A stretch of DNA of 48,351 nucleotides from the NCBI GenBank assembly GCA_026195755.1, contig JAPHRL010000068.1, forward strand, positions 1 to 48,351, in the 5' to 3' direction. Every line of letters starts with the position of its first letter. Position 1 is the stretch's first letter. Below, piece after piece: positions 19,394-28,795 of this stretch. A program made the translations under genes and the position numbers. The DNA is from Kangiella sp. (GTDB lineage Bacteria > Pseudomonadota > Gammaproteobacteria > Enterobacterales > Kangiellaceae). The notes beneath the pieces were generated by a model. That model saw nothing but the letters and a program-made list of their open reading frames with translations, did no database searches and was not told the DNA's origin.

Positions 19394-20317
19394 ATGAAAA
19401 CCAAAATAACAACGTTAAGCTTAGCAGTTCTTGTCACCTTGGGCGTTACTGCCTGCGGTGATCAAAAAGAAAAGGCTGAGTCTGAGCAAGAAGCTAGCCA
19501 GTTAGTTGCTGTAGAAACTACAAAGACCGAACAAGCAGTTAAAGTTGAGAAGAAAGTAACAACAGGCAGCAATTTAGTCAGGATTATTGAGGGTGAACAT
19601 CGAAGTGATGCAAATAAAGCTCGTAACCAATACCGCCATCCTGCGGAGACTATTAAGTTCTTTGGTATCAAACCTGGAATGACGATAGTTGAAGTTTCAC
19701 CAGGTGGTGGGTGGTACACAGAGATACTAGCGCCTTGGTTGGGTGCTGAAGGTAAGTTATATGCTGCTCATTTCGACCCGAACTCTGAAGTGGAGTACTA
19801 TCGTAACGGTTTAAAGAATTTCCAAGAGAAGTTAAAAGCCAATCCAGATTTGTATTCAAATGTTGAGTTAACCGTTTTTGATGCTACTTCAAATAAGCCA
19901 ATTGCACCTCATAACAGTGCTGATGTCGTTGTAACCTTCCGTAATGTTCACAACTGGATGCGTGGTGGTCGTGATGACGCTCTTAACGCTTTTAACTTAA
20001 TGTATGACGCCGTAAAACCTGGCGGTTACCTTGGCGTCGTTGAGCATCGCTTAGCAACTGGGTTAAAGCAGGACGAGCAGGCGAGTTCGGGCTATATGCA
20101 TGAGAAGTTTGTGATTGATCTTGCAGAAGAAGCCGGATTCAAACTTCTGGAGCGTTCACAGATTAATGCGAATCCTAAAGATACGACCAATCATCCTAAA
20201 GGAGTGTGGACTTTGCCGCCGAGCTTAAGACTGGGTGATGAAAATCGAGAGACTTACTTGGAAATTGGTGAGAGTGATCGAATGACTCTCAAGTTCGTGA
20301 AGCCTGCCACCGAATAA
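19394..20317 (+). CDS. Class I SAM-dependent methyltransferase-like lipoprotein (COG4798-like)
   Basis: Lipobox VTAC; RHPAET, EVSPGGGWYT, TFRNVHNW, KPGG, INANPKD, WTLPP and IGESDRM. Confidence 0.8.
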   Translation: MKTKITTLSLAVLVTLGVTACGDQKEKAESEQEASQLVAVETTKTEQAVKVEKKVTTGSNLVRIIEGEHRSDANKARNQYRHPAETIKFFGIKPGMTIVEVSPGGGWYTEILAPWLGAEGKLYAAHFDPNSEVEYYRNGLKNFQEKLKANPDLYSNVELTVFDATSNKPIAPHNSADVVVTFRNVHNWMRGGRDDALNAFNLMYDAVKPGGYLGVVEHRLATGLKQDEQASSGYMHEKFVIDLAEEAGFKLLERSQINANPKDTTNHPKGVWTLPPSLRLGDENRETYLEIGESDRMTLKFVKPATE

Positions 20318-20345
20318 ATTGATCAAATAATCGTCTTTGCATAGG

Positions 20346-20376
20346 TAACACTGCACCCAATATCGGTGCAGTGTTA
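20346..20376. terminator. Hairpin between convergent genes
   Basis: TAACACTGCACC-caatatc-GGTGCAGTGTTA, a 12-bp perfect stem. Confidence 0.65.
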
Positions 20377-21381
20377 TGCTGTGGCTACTCTTGATTGAAC
20401 ATTTGCAGGGTTATGAGTTTTTGTTTCAAAACGGCTTAACAACTCTTTGGAAGAGGTATGCTCGCTGTATAAATAGCGAATCAGTTCTTGCTGTGAGATG
20501 TGAGGCGCAAACATTGCAATAAAATCTTTCATGTACTGCTTCAAAAATAGATTTTTATGAAATGCTAGCCAGGTTGTGCATTGTGGCAACATATCAGAAG
20601 TAGGGTAGCTGATGAGGTCTTTGTCTGCTTGCGGATCATAAGCCATATTAGCGATGATACCGACCCCAAAACCCTTCCTTACGTAAGTCTTAATGATGTC
20701 CGCATCGCGGGCAGTAAAGACGATATTGGGTTCCAGCTTTTCTTTTTTACAGGCGCGCATCAAACTGGATGAGTTTTTATCACTCAGGTTATAAGTCACC
20801 AGTGGGTATTTAACCACGTCTTCCAAGGTGATCTTTCTTAAATCGCCTAATTCATGGTCTTGTGGAAACAGAATAGACCTATCCCATTGGTAGCAGGGTA
20901 TTTGAACGATATCGGGGCCAAGTTCCGCTGTACCTGAGGCAATCACAAAATCAATCTCCTGCTTACGCAGTTGCTCAATGACCTGTTCGGTTGTACCTTG
21001 TTGCAGGTCAATTTTGAGATTGGGATATTCTTTGTGGAATGCGGCAAAAGTTCTCGGCAGGACATATTGAGCCTGCGTTTGTGTCGTGCCGATTGAAAAG
21101 CAGCCCGAGTCGTCTTGGCTCAACTCACTTGATAGTCGTTTAATGTTATTGATTTCCTGCATGACCTTACGTGCGCGTCCAAGTATTTCATTCCCTACCT
21201 GAGTAATACCAACTAACTGCTTACCATTTCTTTCGAAGATTTTGGTTTGTAACTCATCTTCGAGCAGTCTTAGCTGTTTGCTGATCCCGGGTTGGGATGT
21301 AAATATTTTTTGAGCCGCATTGGTAATGCTGAGGTTATTGTCAGCAATTGCGATCAAATATTTTAGTTGTTGCAGTTTCAT
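20374..21381 (-). CDS. cysB: LysR-family regulator CysB
   Basis: MKLQQLKY...TSQPGISKQLRLLEDEL, YPLVTY and VFTARDADIIKTYVR; divergent from cysK. Confidence 0.85.
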   Translation of the reverse strand: MKLQQLKYLIAIADNNLSITNAAQKIFTSQPGISKQLRLLEDELQTKIFERNGKQLVGITQVGNEILGRARKVMQEINNIKRLSSELSQDDSGCFSIGTTQTQAQYVLPRTFAAFHKEYPNLKIDLQQGTTEQVIEQLRKQEIDFVIASGTAELGPDIVQIPCYQWDRSILFPQDHELGDLRKITLEDVVKYPLVTYNLSDKNSSSLMRACKKEKLEPNIVFTARDADIIKTYVRKGFGVGIIANMAYDPQADKDLISYPTSDMLPQCTTWLAFHKNLFLKQYMKDFIAMFAPHISQQELIRYLYSEHTSSKELLSRFETKTHNPANVQSRVATA

Positions 21382-21384
21382 TTT

Positions 21385-21408
21385 AGACGTCTAAATGGTT
21401 AAATGGCC
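21385..21408. promoter_or_regulatory. Met box (MetJ operator) just upstream of the cysB start codon
   Basis: Perfect AGACGTCT at 21385-21392, then in-register AAATGGTT and AAATGGCC (4/8 matches each). Confidence 0.6.
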
Positions 21409-21665
21409 AAAGAGCGTAGCATGTCTTATGCTTAAAGGCAATATCTTATATATCCTTGAGATATATTACGCAAATACTTTTTGCTTCTTTATAACCAAAG
21501 GTTATTAGAGCATAATGCTAAACAATTAGCTTCTGGGCCTTATTACGCATAGATTTGCCATTGGTTTTGTTGATTAAGCTTTAAAGTTGTTTATTAATAT
21601 CATTGCTTAACGTTTGGTATTTTATGAGATAAATGGCGTCAAGCTACACAATAGAGGTTCTATTA

Positions 21666-22613
21666 ATGATTCATGATTCCATTTTGGGCACTATCGGTAA
21701 TACACCGGTTATCAGAATAAATCGATTGGCACCTAGCCATGTGTCAATGTTCGTAAAAGCGGAATATTTTAATCCGCTATCTTCAGTAAAAGATCGTCTC
21801 GCTTACGCTATTATCAATGATGCGGAGCAACGTGGACTATTAAAGCCTGGACAAACAGTAGTAGAGGCCACCTCAGGGAATACCGGCATTGCTCTGGCTA
21901 TGGTTTGTGCAGCGAAAGGATATCCCTTTGTTGCGGTTATGACTGAAACCTTTTCTATCGAGCGTAGAAAGATTATGCGAGCTCTTGGAGCTAAGGTTAT
22001 TTTGACTCCGGCAGCTGAGCGCGGCACCGGTATGGTAAGGGTTGCTAAGGAGTTGTCAGAACAAAAAGGATGGTTCTTAGCTCGTCAATTTGAGAATGAG
22101 GCTAATCCCGCGTATCACCGAAATACGACTGCGCCAGAAATTCTGCAAGACTTTGCCGGTAAACGCTTAGATTACTTTGTCAGCGGCTATGGTACCGGAG
22201 GAACCATTACCGGGGTTGGTGAAGTTCTTAAAGTAGCGCGCCCAGAAACTAAGATTATTGCTACTGAACCAGCGGGGGCCTCTTTGCTAGCGGGTAAAGA
22301 ATGGCAGCCTCACAAGATTCAGGGGTGGACGCCAGACTTTGTAGCAGATGTTATGAATCAACAAATTTATGATCAGGTGATTCCAATAGCTGATGAACTG
22401 GCGCGTGATACATCATTAGCTTTAGCACAGAAAGAAGGTATCTTCTGTGGAATTTCAGCAGGAGCTACTTTCGCCGCAGCCTTGGAGGTTGCGAAGAAAG
22501 CAGAAGAGGGGGGTTCGATTTTAGCAATGCTGCCAGATACAGGTGAGCGTTATATGAGTACTTTCCTGTTTGAGGGTATTAATGAAGGAAGTGATGACGA
22601 GCTACTACGTTAG
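21666..22613 (+). CDS. cysK: Cysteine synthase A (O-acetylserine sulfhydrylase)
   Basis: IGNTP, SVKDR (PLP lysine), EATSGNTG, GTGGT, HKIQG and PDTGERY. ATG at 21666 follows GAGG. Confidence 0.92.
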   Translation: MIHDSILGTIGNTPVIRINRLAPSHVSMFVKAEYFNPLSSVKDRLAYAIINDAEQRGLLKPGQTVVEATSGNTGIALAMVCAAKGYPFVAVMTETFSIERRKIMRALGAKVILTPAAERGTGMVRVAKELSEQKGWFLARQFENEANPAYHRNTTAPEILQDFAGKRLDYFVSGYGTGGTITGVGEVLKVARPETKIIATEPAGASLLAGKEWQPHKIQGWTPDFVADVMNQQIYDQVIPIADELARDTSLALAQKEGIFCGISAGATFAAALEVAKKAEEGGSILAMLPDTGERYMSTFLFEGINEGSDDELLR

Positions 22614-22630
22614 TTTTTGTTGCTGTACAT

Positions 22631-22663
22631 AAAAAAAGGAGCAGGAAATTTCTGCTCCTTTTT
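22631..22663. terminator. Bidirectional terminator between cysK and metJ
   Basis: AAAAAAAGGAGCAG-gaaattt-CTGCTCCTTTTT. Confidence 0.85.
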
Positions 22664-22679
22664 ATTAATTGAGACTTCT

Positions 22680-22976
22680 TTACTTTTTAATTTTCTCTCC
22701 TTCAGCTTCCATATCAAGCACATAATCATCTCTATCTTTTCTCAAGTCATCGTCCGTTGGAAGCGGTTGACCCGTATAGGCATGCAGGAAAGCTTCGCAT
22801 AACAGTTCGCTATTGGTTGCGTGACGTAGGTTATTCACCTGGCGACGAGTTCTCTCATCGGTCAATATTTTCAATACCGAAAATGGAATTGATACTGTAA
22901 TTTTTTTTACTTTGTCTTTTTTCTCACCGTGTTCAACGTATGGATTGATAAAGTTTCCATCCCAATCTTTAGCCAT
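22680..22976 (-). CDS. metJ: Met repressor
   Basis: KKITVSIP...[36 protein letters not shown]. Confidence 0.97.
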   Translation of the reverse strand: MAKDWDGNFINPYVEHGEKKDKVKKITVSIPFSVLKILTDERTRRQVNNLRHATNSELLCEAFLHAYTGQPLPTDDDLRKDRDDYVLDMEAEGEKIKK

Positions 22977-23021
22977 ATTAACCTCGTGTCTTATTCGATG
23001 TAGTTATTATACATCCTTTTC

Positions 23022-23088
23022 AGCCCTCTAAACATCTTGACTTATAAACTTATAAAAGTATATTGGCCATATAGACGGCTAAACGTCT
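23022..23088. promoter_or_regulatory. Met-box arrays in the metJ/metX divergent promoter
   Basis: 8-bp register AGCCCTCT AAACATCT TGACTTAT AAACTTAT AAAAGTAT (23022-23061) and AGACGGCT AAACGTCT (23073-23088). Confidence 0.8.
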
Positions 23089-23133
23089 TTTCGTTAGTTG
23101 TTCAATCCTGAATGTTTAGAAGCGGATCGTGAT

Positions 23134-24186
23134 ATGTCACATCAAAGTGCAGAACTTAATAGTTCAGAACAGAATAGTGCAGAGCTGATTTCAGATAGCA
23201 ATTCACAACACTGGTTGTCGATGCCCAGTCGGGCACACAAGCAAAGTGTGGGATTTATTGATATGGGATCAGCCCATGTAGATAGTTTGCCGTTACTGCA
23301 TGGCGGAGTTATTGAAGATTTGGAAGTGCATTACAACTGTTATGGCTCTTTGAATAATCCAGCCATAGTGGTACTCGGCGGAATTTCAGCTTCACGCAAT
23401 ATCCATAACTGGTGGGGAGAGTTAGTCGGGACAGGAAAGGCTATCAATCTCGACCAGTTCTGTGTGATTGGCATTGATTATATTTCTAATCAAGATCCCA
23501 AAAATCCAAATCTTGTTTCTCCTTTTGATCAAGCGAAAGTAATTCGTCTGGTGTCGGAGACGTTAAACTTAAATAAAATTGAAGCCGTTGTTGGAAGCTC
23601 ATACGGTGGCATGGTGGCTTTGGCATTTGCGGCTTTATACCCAGCGATGCTAGAAAAACTGATATGTGTAGCGGCAGCCCACCGAAATACACAGGTGTCG
23701 GTGGCCCAACGTCAAATTCAACAACAGATATTGAACCTGGGTATCCGTACCGGTGAGCTTAAAGCGGCCATTTCTATTGCGAGAGAGCTTGGCTTTATCA
23801 GCTATCGAAGTGAGCAGGAGTTAGAAAATAGATTTAGTCCATTGAGAGTGATTAAGAAGCAAAACTTAACATTTGAGCTTGTTGAGTATTTAAAGCATCA
23901 AGGTGACAAGTTCGCCAGCCAATTTGACATCGACAGATACCGTTCACTTTCTCAATCCATCGACCTGCATAAAGTAAACCCGAAAGACATCCACACTCAG
24001 GCGCTATTTGTTGCTATCGATAGCGATAGATTAGTGCCCGTACATTTAGTTGAAGAGTGCGCTGCTGCTTGCACGGGCCGAACACATATTAAAACTATTC
24101 ACTCACAATATGGCCACGATGGTTTCTTGCTGGAAACCGAGCAATTGGCAGAGTGTATAACACCATTTCTGAGGAATTCATTATGA
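23134..24186 (+). CDS. metX: Homoserine O-acyltransferase of the MetX alpha/beta-hydrolase family (probably the succinyltransferase, MetXS type)
   Basis: GGISA, nucleophile motif GSSYGG, SDRLVP and YGHDGFL; first gene of the met operon. Start uncertain (23098 or 23134). Confidence 0.85.
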   Translation: MSHQSAELNSSEQNSAELISDSNSQHWLSMPSRAHKQSVGFIDMGSAHVDSLPLLHGGVIEDLEVHYNCYGSLNNPAIVVLGGISASRNIHNWWGELVGTGKAINLDQFCVIGIDYISNQDPKNPNLVSPFDQAKVIRLVSETLNLNKIEAVVGSSYGGMVALAFAALYPAMLEKLICVAAAHRNTQVSVAQRQIQQQILNLGIRTGELKAAISIARELGFISYRSEQELENRFSPLRVIKKQNLTFELVEYLKHQGDKFASQFDIDRYRSLSQSIDLHKVNPKDIHTQALFVAIDSDRLVPVHLVEECAAACTGRTHIKTIHSQYGHDGFLLETEQLAECITPFLRNSL

Positions 24187-25361
24187 CCAGTAGTAATCAG
24201 ACTATTGCAGTCCGCTCCGGTATTGAATCGGATCAACAGTTTGGCGCAGTTACGCCACCTTTATATTTGTCATCCAATTATACGTTTGCTGATTTGGAGC
24301 AACCGAGACGTTATGACTATAGTCGCTCCGGTAATCCAACACGCGATACTCTTGCCGACACTTTGGCTGAGTTGGAAGCGGGTTGCGGTGGCGTTATCAC
24401 TTCAAGCGGCATGTCTGCGATCTATCTGGTGACTCACCTGTGCGGTAAAGATGATGTCATCATTGCGCCGCATGATTGCTATGGCGGCACATACCGCTTA
24501 CTTAACAGTCTGGCGGAAAAAGGTCAGTTCAAGGTTGTTTTTGTTGATCAAGGTTGTGAGGAAAGCTTACAGCAGGCGTTGCAAGCCAAGCCAAAACTGA
24601 TCTGGATAGAAACCCCGAGCAACCCATTGCTGCGTGTAGTGGACATTCAGAATATTTGCAAGCTAGCGGGTCAGGATATTATTAAGGTGGTCGACAACAC
24701 TTTCTTATCGCCAGTGTTGCAACAGCCATTAACCCTTGGTGCAGACATCGTCGTGCATTCAACCACTAAATATATTAATGGACACAGCGATGTTGTCGGC
24801 GGCGCGGTGATTGCTAAAGAACAAGAGTCGTTTGAACAGCTTTCCTGGTGGGCTAATTGTATAGGCGTTACCGGTTCACCTTTTGATAGCTTCATCACCA
24901 GTCGCGGACTTCGTACCTTGTCTGTGCGTATTCGCCAGCATCAGGAAAATACTCAGAAAGTTGTTGAGTACTTACAACAACAACCACTGGTAAAAAATAT
25001 CTACTATCCTGGTCTAAACTCACATCCCACACACCATATTGCTAAAAGCCAGCAACAGGGTTTTGGTGCTATGTTGTCCTTTGAGTTACATACAGAGCAG
25101 ACCAATCTGCGTACCTTTGTTAATACTCTAAAGCTTTTCTCGCTAGCGGAATCATTAGGTGGCGTTGAAAGTTTGATTTGTCATCCTGCAACCATGACCC
25201 ATGCTGCAATGGATCCGGCCGCGCGATTAAAAGCAGGCATTAGCAATAGTTTACTTCGTCTTTCAGTGGGTATTGAAGAGGCCGATGACTTAGTGAGGGA
25301 CTTAGACAGTGCTTTTCAACGATGTCAAATTAAAGTATTACAAGGTGAGCAACATGGTTGA
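24183..25361 (+). CDS. metB: Cystathionine gamma-synthase
   Basis: YSRSGNPTR, ETPSNP, VDNTF, HSTTKYINGHSD and LAESLGGVESL; ATGA overlap with metX. Confidence 0.92.
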   Translation: MTSSNQTIAVRSGIESDQQFGAVTPPLYLSSNYTFADLEQPRRYDYSRSGNPTRDTLADTLAELEAGCGGVITSSGMSAIYLVTHLCGKDDVIIAPHDCYGGTYRLLNSLAEKGQFKVVFVDQGCEESLQQALQAKPKLIWIETPSNPLLRVVDIQNICKLAGQDIIKVVDNTFLSPVLQQPLTLGADIVVHSTTKYINGHSDVVGGAVIAKEQESFEQLSWWANCIGVTGSPFDSFITSRGLRTLSVRIRQHQENTQKVVEYLQQQPLVKNIYYPGLNSHPTHHIAKSQQQGFGAMLSFELHTEQTNLRTFVNTLKLFSLAESLGGVESLICHPATMTHAAMDPAARLKAGISNSLLRLSVGIEEADDLVRDLDSAFQRCQIKVLQGEQHG

Positions 25362-27828
25362 GCAAGTACAGATCAATTCAACTGAAGGCAGCAAATGTAT
25401 TGTTGGCGCGACCAGCTATAAAAACTTAGGAATAAATGTTCATAAGTTTGGAGGTTCAAGTTTGGCAACCTCTGATCAGCTGTTAAAGGTATGCGAGATA
25501 GTTATCGAACAAACCAGACCAGGCGATATTATCGTTGTTTCAGCCAATGGTAATGTTACAGACACTTTGCTGGATGCCATTCATGGCCGCATCAATTCAT
25601 TATCAGACATTAAGTCGTTCTATCAGAGCTTAGTATCTGGCCTGAGTATGGACTGTGAGCATTTTATTGAGCTGATTAATAATGATATTGAAGTGGTTAG
25701 AGAGTTGTGTCGGCATTGTCCCACGCATAATGATGAAATTCTTTCTTTTGGTGAGAAGTGGTCAGCAAATTTATTGACGCTATTATTGGCTAATTTGGAA
25801 TGCGAAGCGAAGGAAGTTGATGCGAGCAATTATCTGAAACTAACTTCTTTGCATGAATACAATCAGTTTGATGAGCAATTTTCAGATGAGAACTTTTCAA
25901 ATTTATATCAAGTGCTATGGGAAGGTTACAAGGACCGCTTGATACGCTATGTTTTCACAGGATTTATTGCCCGAAACAATAATGATCAGTTAATTACTTT
26001 AGGCAGAAATGGGAGTGATTATAGTGCCACCATTATTGCTCAGTTGGTCAAAGCTAAATCTGTAACCATTTGGACCGATGTGGATGGTATTTTTACGGCT
26101 GATCCTAATATCGTACATAATGCCAACAGAGTAGAGCATTTATCATTGTGTGAAGCACAAGCTATTTCTGAGCTTGGTACTAATGTTCTACACCAAAAGA
26201 CAGTAACGCCTTTGTTGACCTACAAAACAGAAGCTTGCATAAAGAGTTCATTTATTGAAGATTCTGCAGGAACTCAGATCACACAACACCCTGTATCATC
26301 GGGTCATGTTAAAACCATTGCCATTAAGCAATCTCTCACACGCATTGTTGTGAACAATATTAACGAACTGAGTGCTCGAACGATTCAGCAGCGCATATTG
26401 CTAAACCAGATTGCCAGTTATGCCAGTAACTTTGATCGAACCCTGGATCGGTTGACTCTATATGTGGCAGAGTCTGATCGCTTTAATACCGTTTCTATTA
26501 TCCAGGCGGCTCAATTTTATCCAATTGTTGAGAAAAACAATTTGTCTTTGATCAGCTTGGTGGGACAAAGTATTCGTCAGAATCAAAAAATCATCAGCAA
26601 ATTTGTTCATAGACTAGAGCGCTTTACCGTTGAAGAAATTCACTATCCTGCCAATGCTCATACATTATGTGTTCTGATTGAAGATAAACAGGCCATCAAT
26701 TTGCTGCATGACTTGCATGATACTTTCTTTGTTTTAGAGCCTTCAATTCCGATTGTGGTTTTGGGTTATGGCAATATCGGCAAGCAGTTCATTCGAATAT
26801 TACAGGATAATAAAACTGAGATTGAGACTTGCTTGAACCGATCCTTATCTTTGTTGGCAGTAGCTAATAGTCGTAACTATACATTGTCTAAGTCCTGTTT
26901 ACTTGATAACACTAATGCCATTGAACTGCTTGAGCAAGTAGCGATACCCAAAAGTTCCCAAACTGAAAGCGTTGTGCAAAGCAATCATCACAATGAAATT
27001 CTTGATGTACTTAATGACTATGTCCACAAAGAGCTAGTGGTCATTGATCTGACTGCTAGCAATGATATCGCAGATCTATATCTCACTTTTGCAGCGAATG
27101 GCTGGCATTTAATCTCTGCTAACAAAATTGCTGCATCAAACCATCAGCTGGCTAGCCTGGTTGAAAAACTGCTGCAAGATAATAAACGGTTCTGGTTTAG
27201 AAATACTACTGCCGGTGCTGGTATACCGATTCAATCCAGTATTAAAAAGCTCAAAGAGTCAGGCGACAATATTATCAGTATTTCTGGAATCTTTTCGGGT
27301 TCACTTTCCTGGTTGTTCGGGCAGTTTAATGGCCAGCAAAAGTTCAGTGATTTATTGCTGCAAGCAAAGGCCAATGCATTTACAGAGCCCGACCCAAGAG
27401 AAGACCTTTCTGGTAACGATGTTATTCGTAAAATTCGAATTTTAGCGCGTGATGCAGGGTTCACTGATGCCACTGAAAACTTTGAGCCCGCATTGGATGA
27501 AAGCTTATTAGAAGGCAGCTTACAAACTTTTTGGGATAACTCGAGCAAGATTGATGAGCACTATGAGACGTTGTATCAGCAGGCAGAAGAACAGGGGGGG
27601 CTGCTACGCTACATTGCCACGCTTACCAAAGATGAGCTCACTTTAAAGTTGGAGATTATTGAGCCAAGCCATCCCTTTGCCAATCTCAATCCCTGCGACA
27701 ATGTGTTTGCTATTCGTAGTCAATGGTATAACGACAACCCTCTTATTTTGCAGGGACCTGGTGCCGGTAGAGAGGTTACCGCTGCGGGTGTGTTAAATGA
27801 TTTATGCGATTTGCTAAGGAGTGCCTAA
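25354..27828 (+). CDS. metL: Bifunctional aspartate kinase II / homoserine dehydrogenase II
   Basis: KFGGSS, LGRNGSDYSA, DVDG, GYGNIG, SGIFSGSLS, EPDPREDLSG and GPGAG; metB-metL-metF synteny. Confidence 0.88.
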   Translation: MVEQVQINSTEGSKCIVGATSYKNLGINVHKFGGSSLATSDQLLKVCEIVIEQTRPGDIIVVSANGNVTDTLLDAIHGRINSLSDIKSFYQSLVSGLSMDCEHFIELINNDIEVVRELCRHCPTHNDEILSFGEKWSANLLTLLLANLECEAKEVDASNYLKLTSLHEYNQFDEQFSDENFSNLYQVLWEGYKDRLIRYVFTGFIARNNNDQLITLGRNGSDYSATIIAQLVKAKSVTIWTDVDGIFTADPNIVHNANRVEHLSLCEAQAISELGTNVLHQKTVTPLLTYKTEACIKSSFIEDSAGTQITQHPVSSGHVKTIAIKQSLTRIVVNNINELSARTIQQRILLNQIASYASNFDRTLDRLTLYVAESDRFNTVSIIQAAQFYPIVEKNNLSLISLVGQSIRQNQKIISKFVHRLERFTVEEIHYPANAHTLCVLIEDKQAINLLHDLHDTFFVLEPSIPIVVLGYGNIGKQFIRILQDNKTEIETCLNRSLSLLAVANSRNYTLSKSCLLDNTNAIELLEQVAIPKSSQTESVVQSNHHNEILDVLNDYVHKELVVIDLTASNDIADLYLTFAANGWHLISANKIAASNHQLASLVEKLLQDNKRFWFRNTTAGAGIPIQSSIKKLKESGDNIISISGIFSGSLSWLFGQFNGQQKFSDLLLQAKANAFTEPDPREDLSGNDVIRKIRILARDAGFTDATENFEPALDESLLEGSLQTFWDNSSKIDEHYETLYQQAEEQGGLLRYIATLTKDELTLKLEIIEPSHPFANLNPCDNVFAIRSQWYNDNPLILQGPGAGREVTAAGVLNDLCDLLRSA

Positions 27829-28751
27829 TGAGCAGAGCAGAGCGACAATATTTTCATGCGAAAGAACTAGAGCGTATTAATCATGACTTTGCCAGTTTGT
27901 CGGGTAATGTAAACCTTTCATTTGAATTTTTCCCGCCCAACAGCAATGCGATGAACTCAATACTATGGAGTAGCGTCAAAAAGCTAGAGCCATTGCAGCC
28001 AGATTTTGTATCGGTGACTTACGGAGCAGGGGCCAGTACCCGCGAAAGAACCCATGGTGTCATTGAGAAAATTCTTACCGAAACCAGTCTTAATGCGGTA
28101 CCTCATTTAACCTGCATTGATGCAACTGAATCTGAGATTGAGACTATTGCCCATCGCTATTGGGAGCTTGGGGTTCGTCACATTGTGGCATTACGTGGCG
28201 ATAAACCTGATGAGGGCACTCATGCCGGTGATTTTAACTATGCAACTGACCTGATTTATAAACTGAAAAGTTTGTATGACTTTGATATCAGTGTGGCTGC
28301 TTACCCTGAAGTGCATCCTGAAGCATTAAGTGCTCAGGCCGATCTGGATAATCTAAAGCGTAAAGTCGATGCAGGTGCTAACCGCGCTATTACTCAGTTC
28401 TTTTTTAATACCGAAAGTTTCTTGCGATTTAGAGATCAGTGTGCACAAAACAATATCGATGTTGATTTAGTGCCCGGTATTTTGCCAGTCACAAATTTTA
28501 TACAGCTTTTAAAATTTGCTCGCTTTACTCAGGTGGAGATTCCCGGTTGGATGCATAAGCTTTATCAAGGGCTTGATCAAGACCTGATTACTCGACAGTT
28601 AATTGCTTCGCACATTGCCATTGAACAGGTGAAACTTCTGTCTAAAGAGGGCATTAAAAATTTTCATTTTTATACATTAAATCGAGCAGATCTGACCTAC
28701 GCTATTTGCCATAGCTTGGGCCGAAGAGATTGCTTTGCAGCAGCAAGTTAA
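27828..28751 (+). CDS. metF: 5,10-methylenetetrahydrofolate reductase
   Basis: SFEFFPP, VTYGAG, HLTC, ALRGD, ITQFFF and HFYTLN; TAATG overlap with metL. Confidence 0.95.
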   Translation: MSRAERQYFHAKELERINHDFASLSGNVNLSFEFFPPNSNAMNSILWSSVKKLEPLQPDFVSVTYGAGASTRERTHGVIEKILTETSLNAVPHLTCIDATESEIETIAHRYWELGVRHIVALRGDKPDEGTHAGDFNYATDLIYKLKSLYDFDISVAAYPEVHPEALSAQADLDNLKRKVDAGANRAITQFFFNTESFLRFRDQCAQNNIDVDLVPGILPVTNFIQLLKFARFTQVEIPGWMHKLYQGLDQDLITRQLIASHIAIEQVKLLSKEGIKNFHFYTLNRADLTYAICHSLGRRDCFAAAS

Positions 28752-28787
28752 GACCACCGGCACATGGTGTGTCTGTGGTCTTAACTT
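28745..28787. terminator. Long hairpin between convergent metF and cusA
   Basis: AAGTTAAGACCAC...GTGGTCTTAACTT, a 13-bp outer stem with an inner GGCACA/TGTGTC stem. Confidence 0.65.
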
Positions 28788-28795
28788 ATTCCATA

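Noticed and set aside
23090-23230. SAM riboswitch ahead of metX
   Set aside because: No SAM-I or SAM-II core motifs were seen; the Met boxes already explain regulation.
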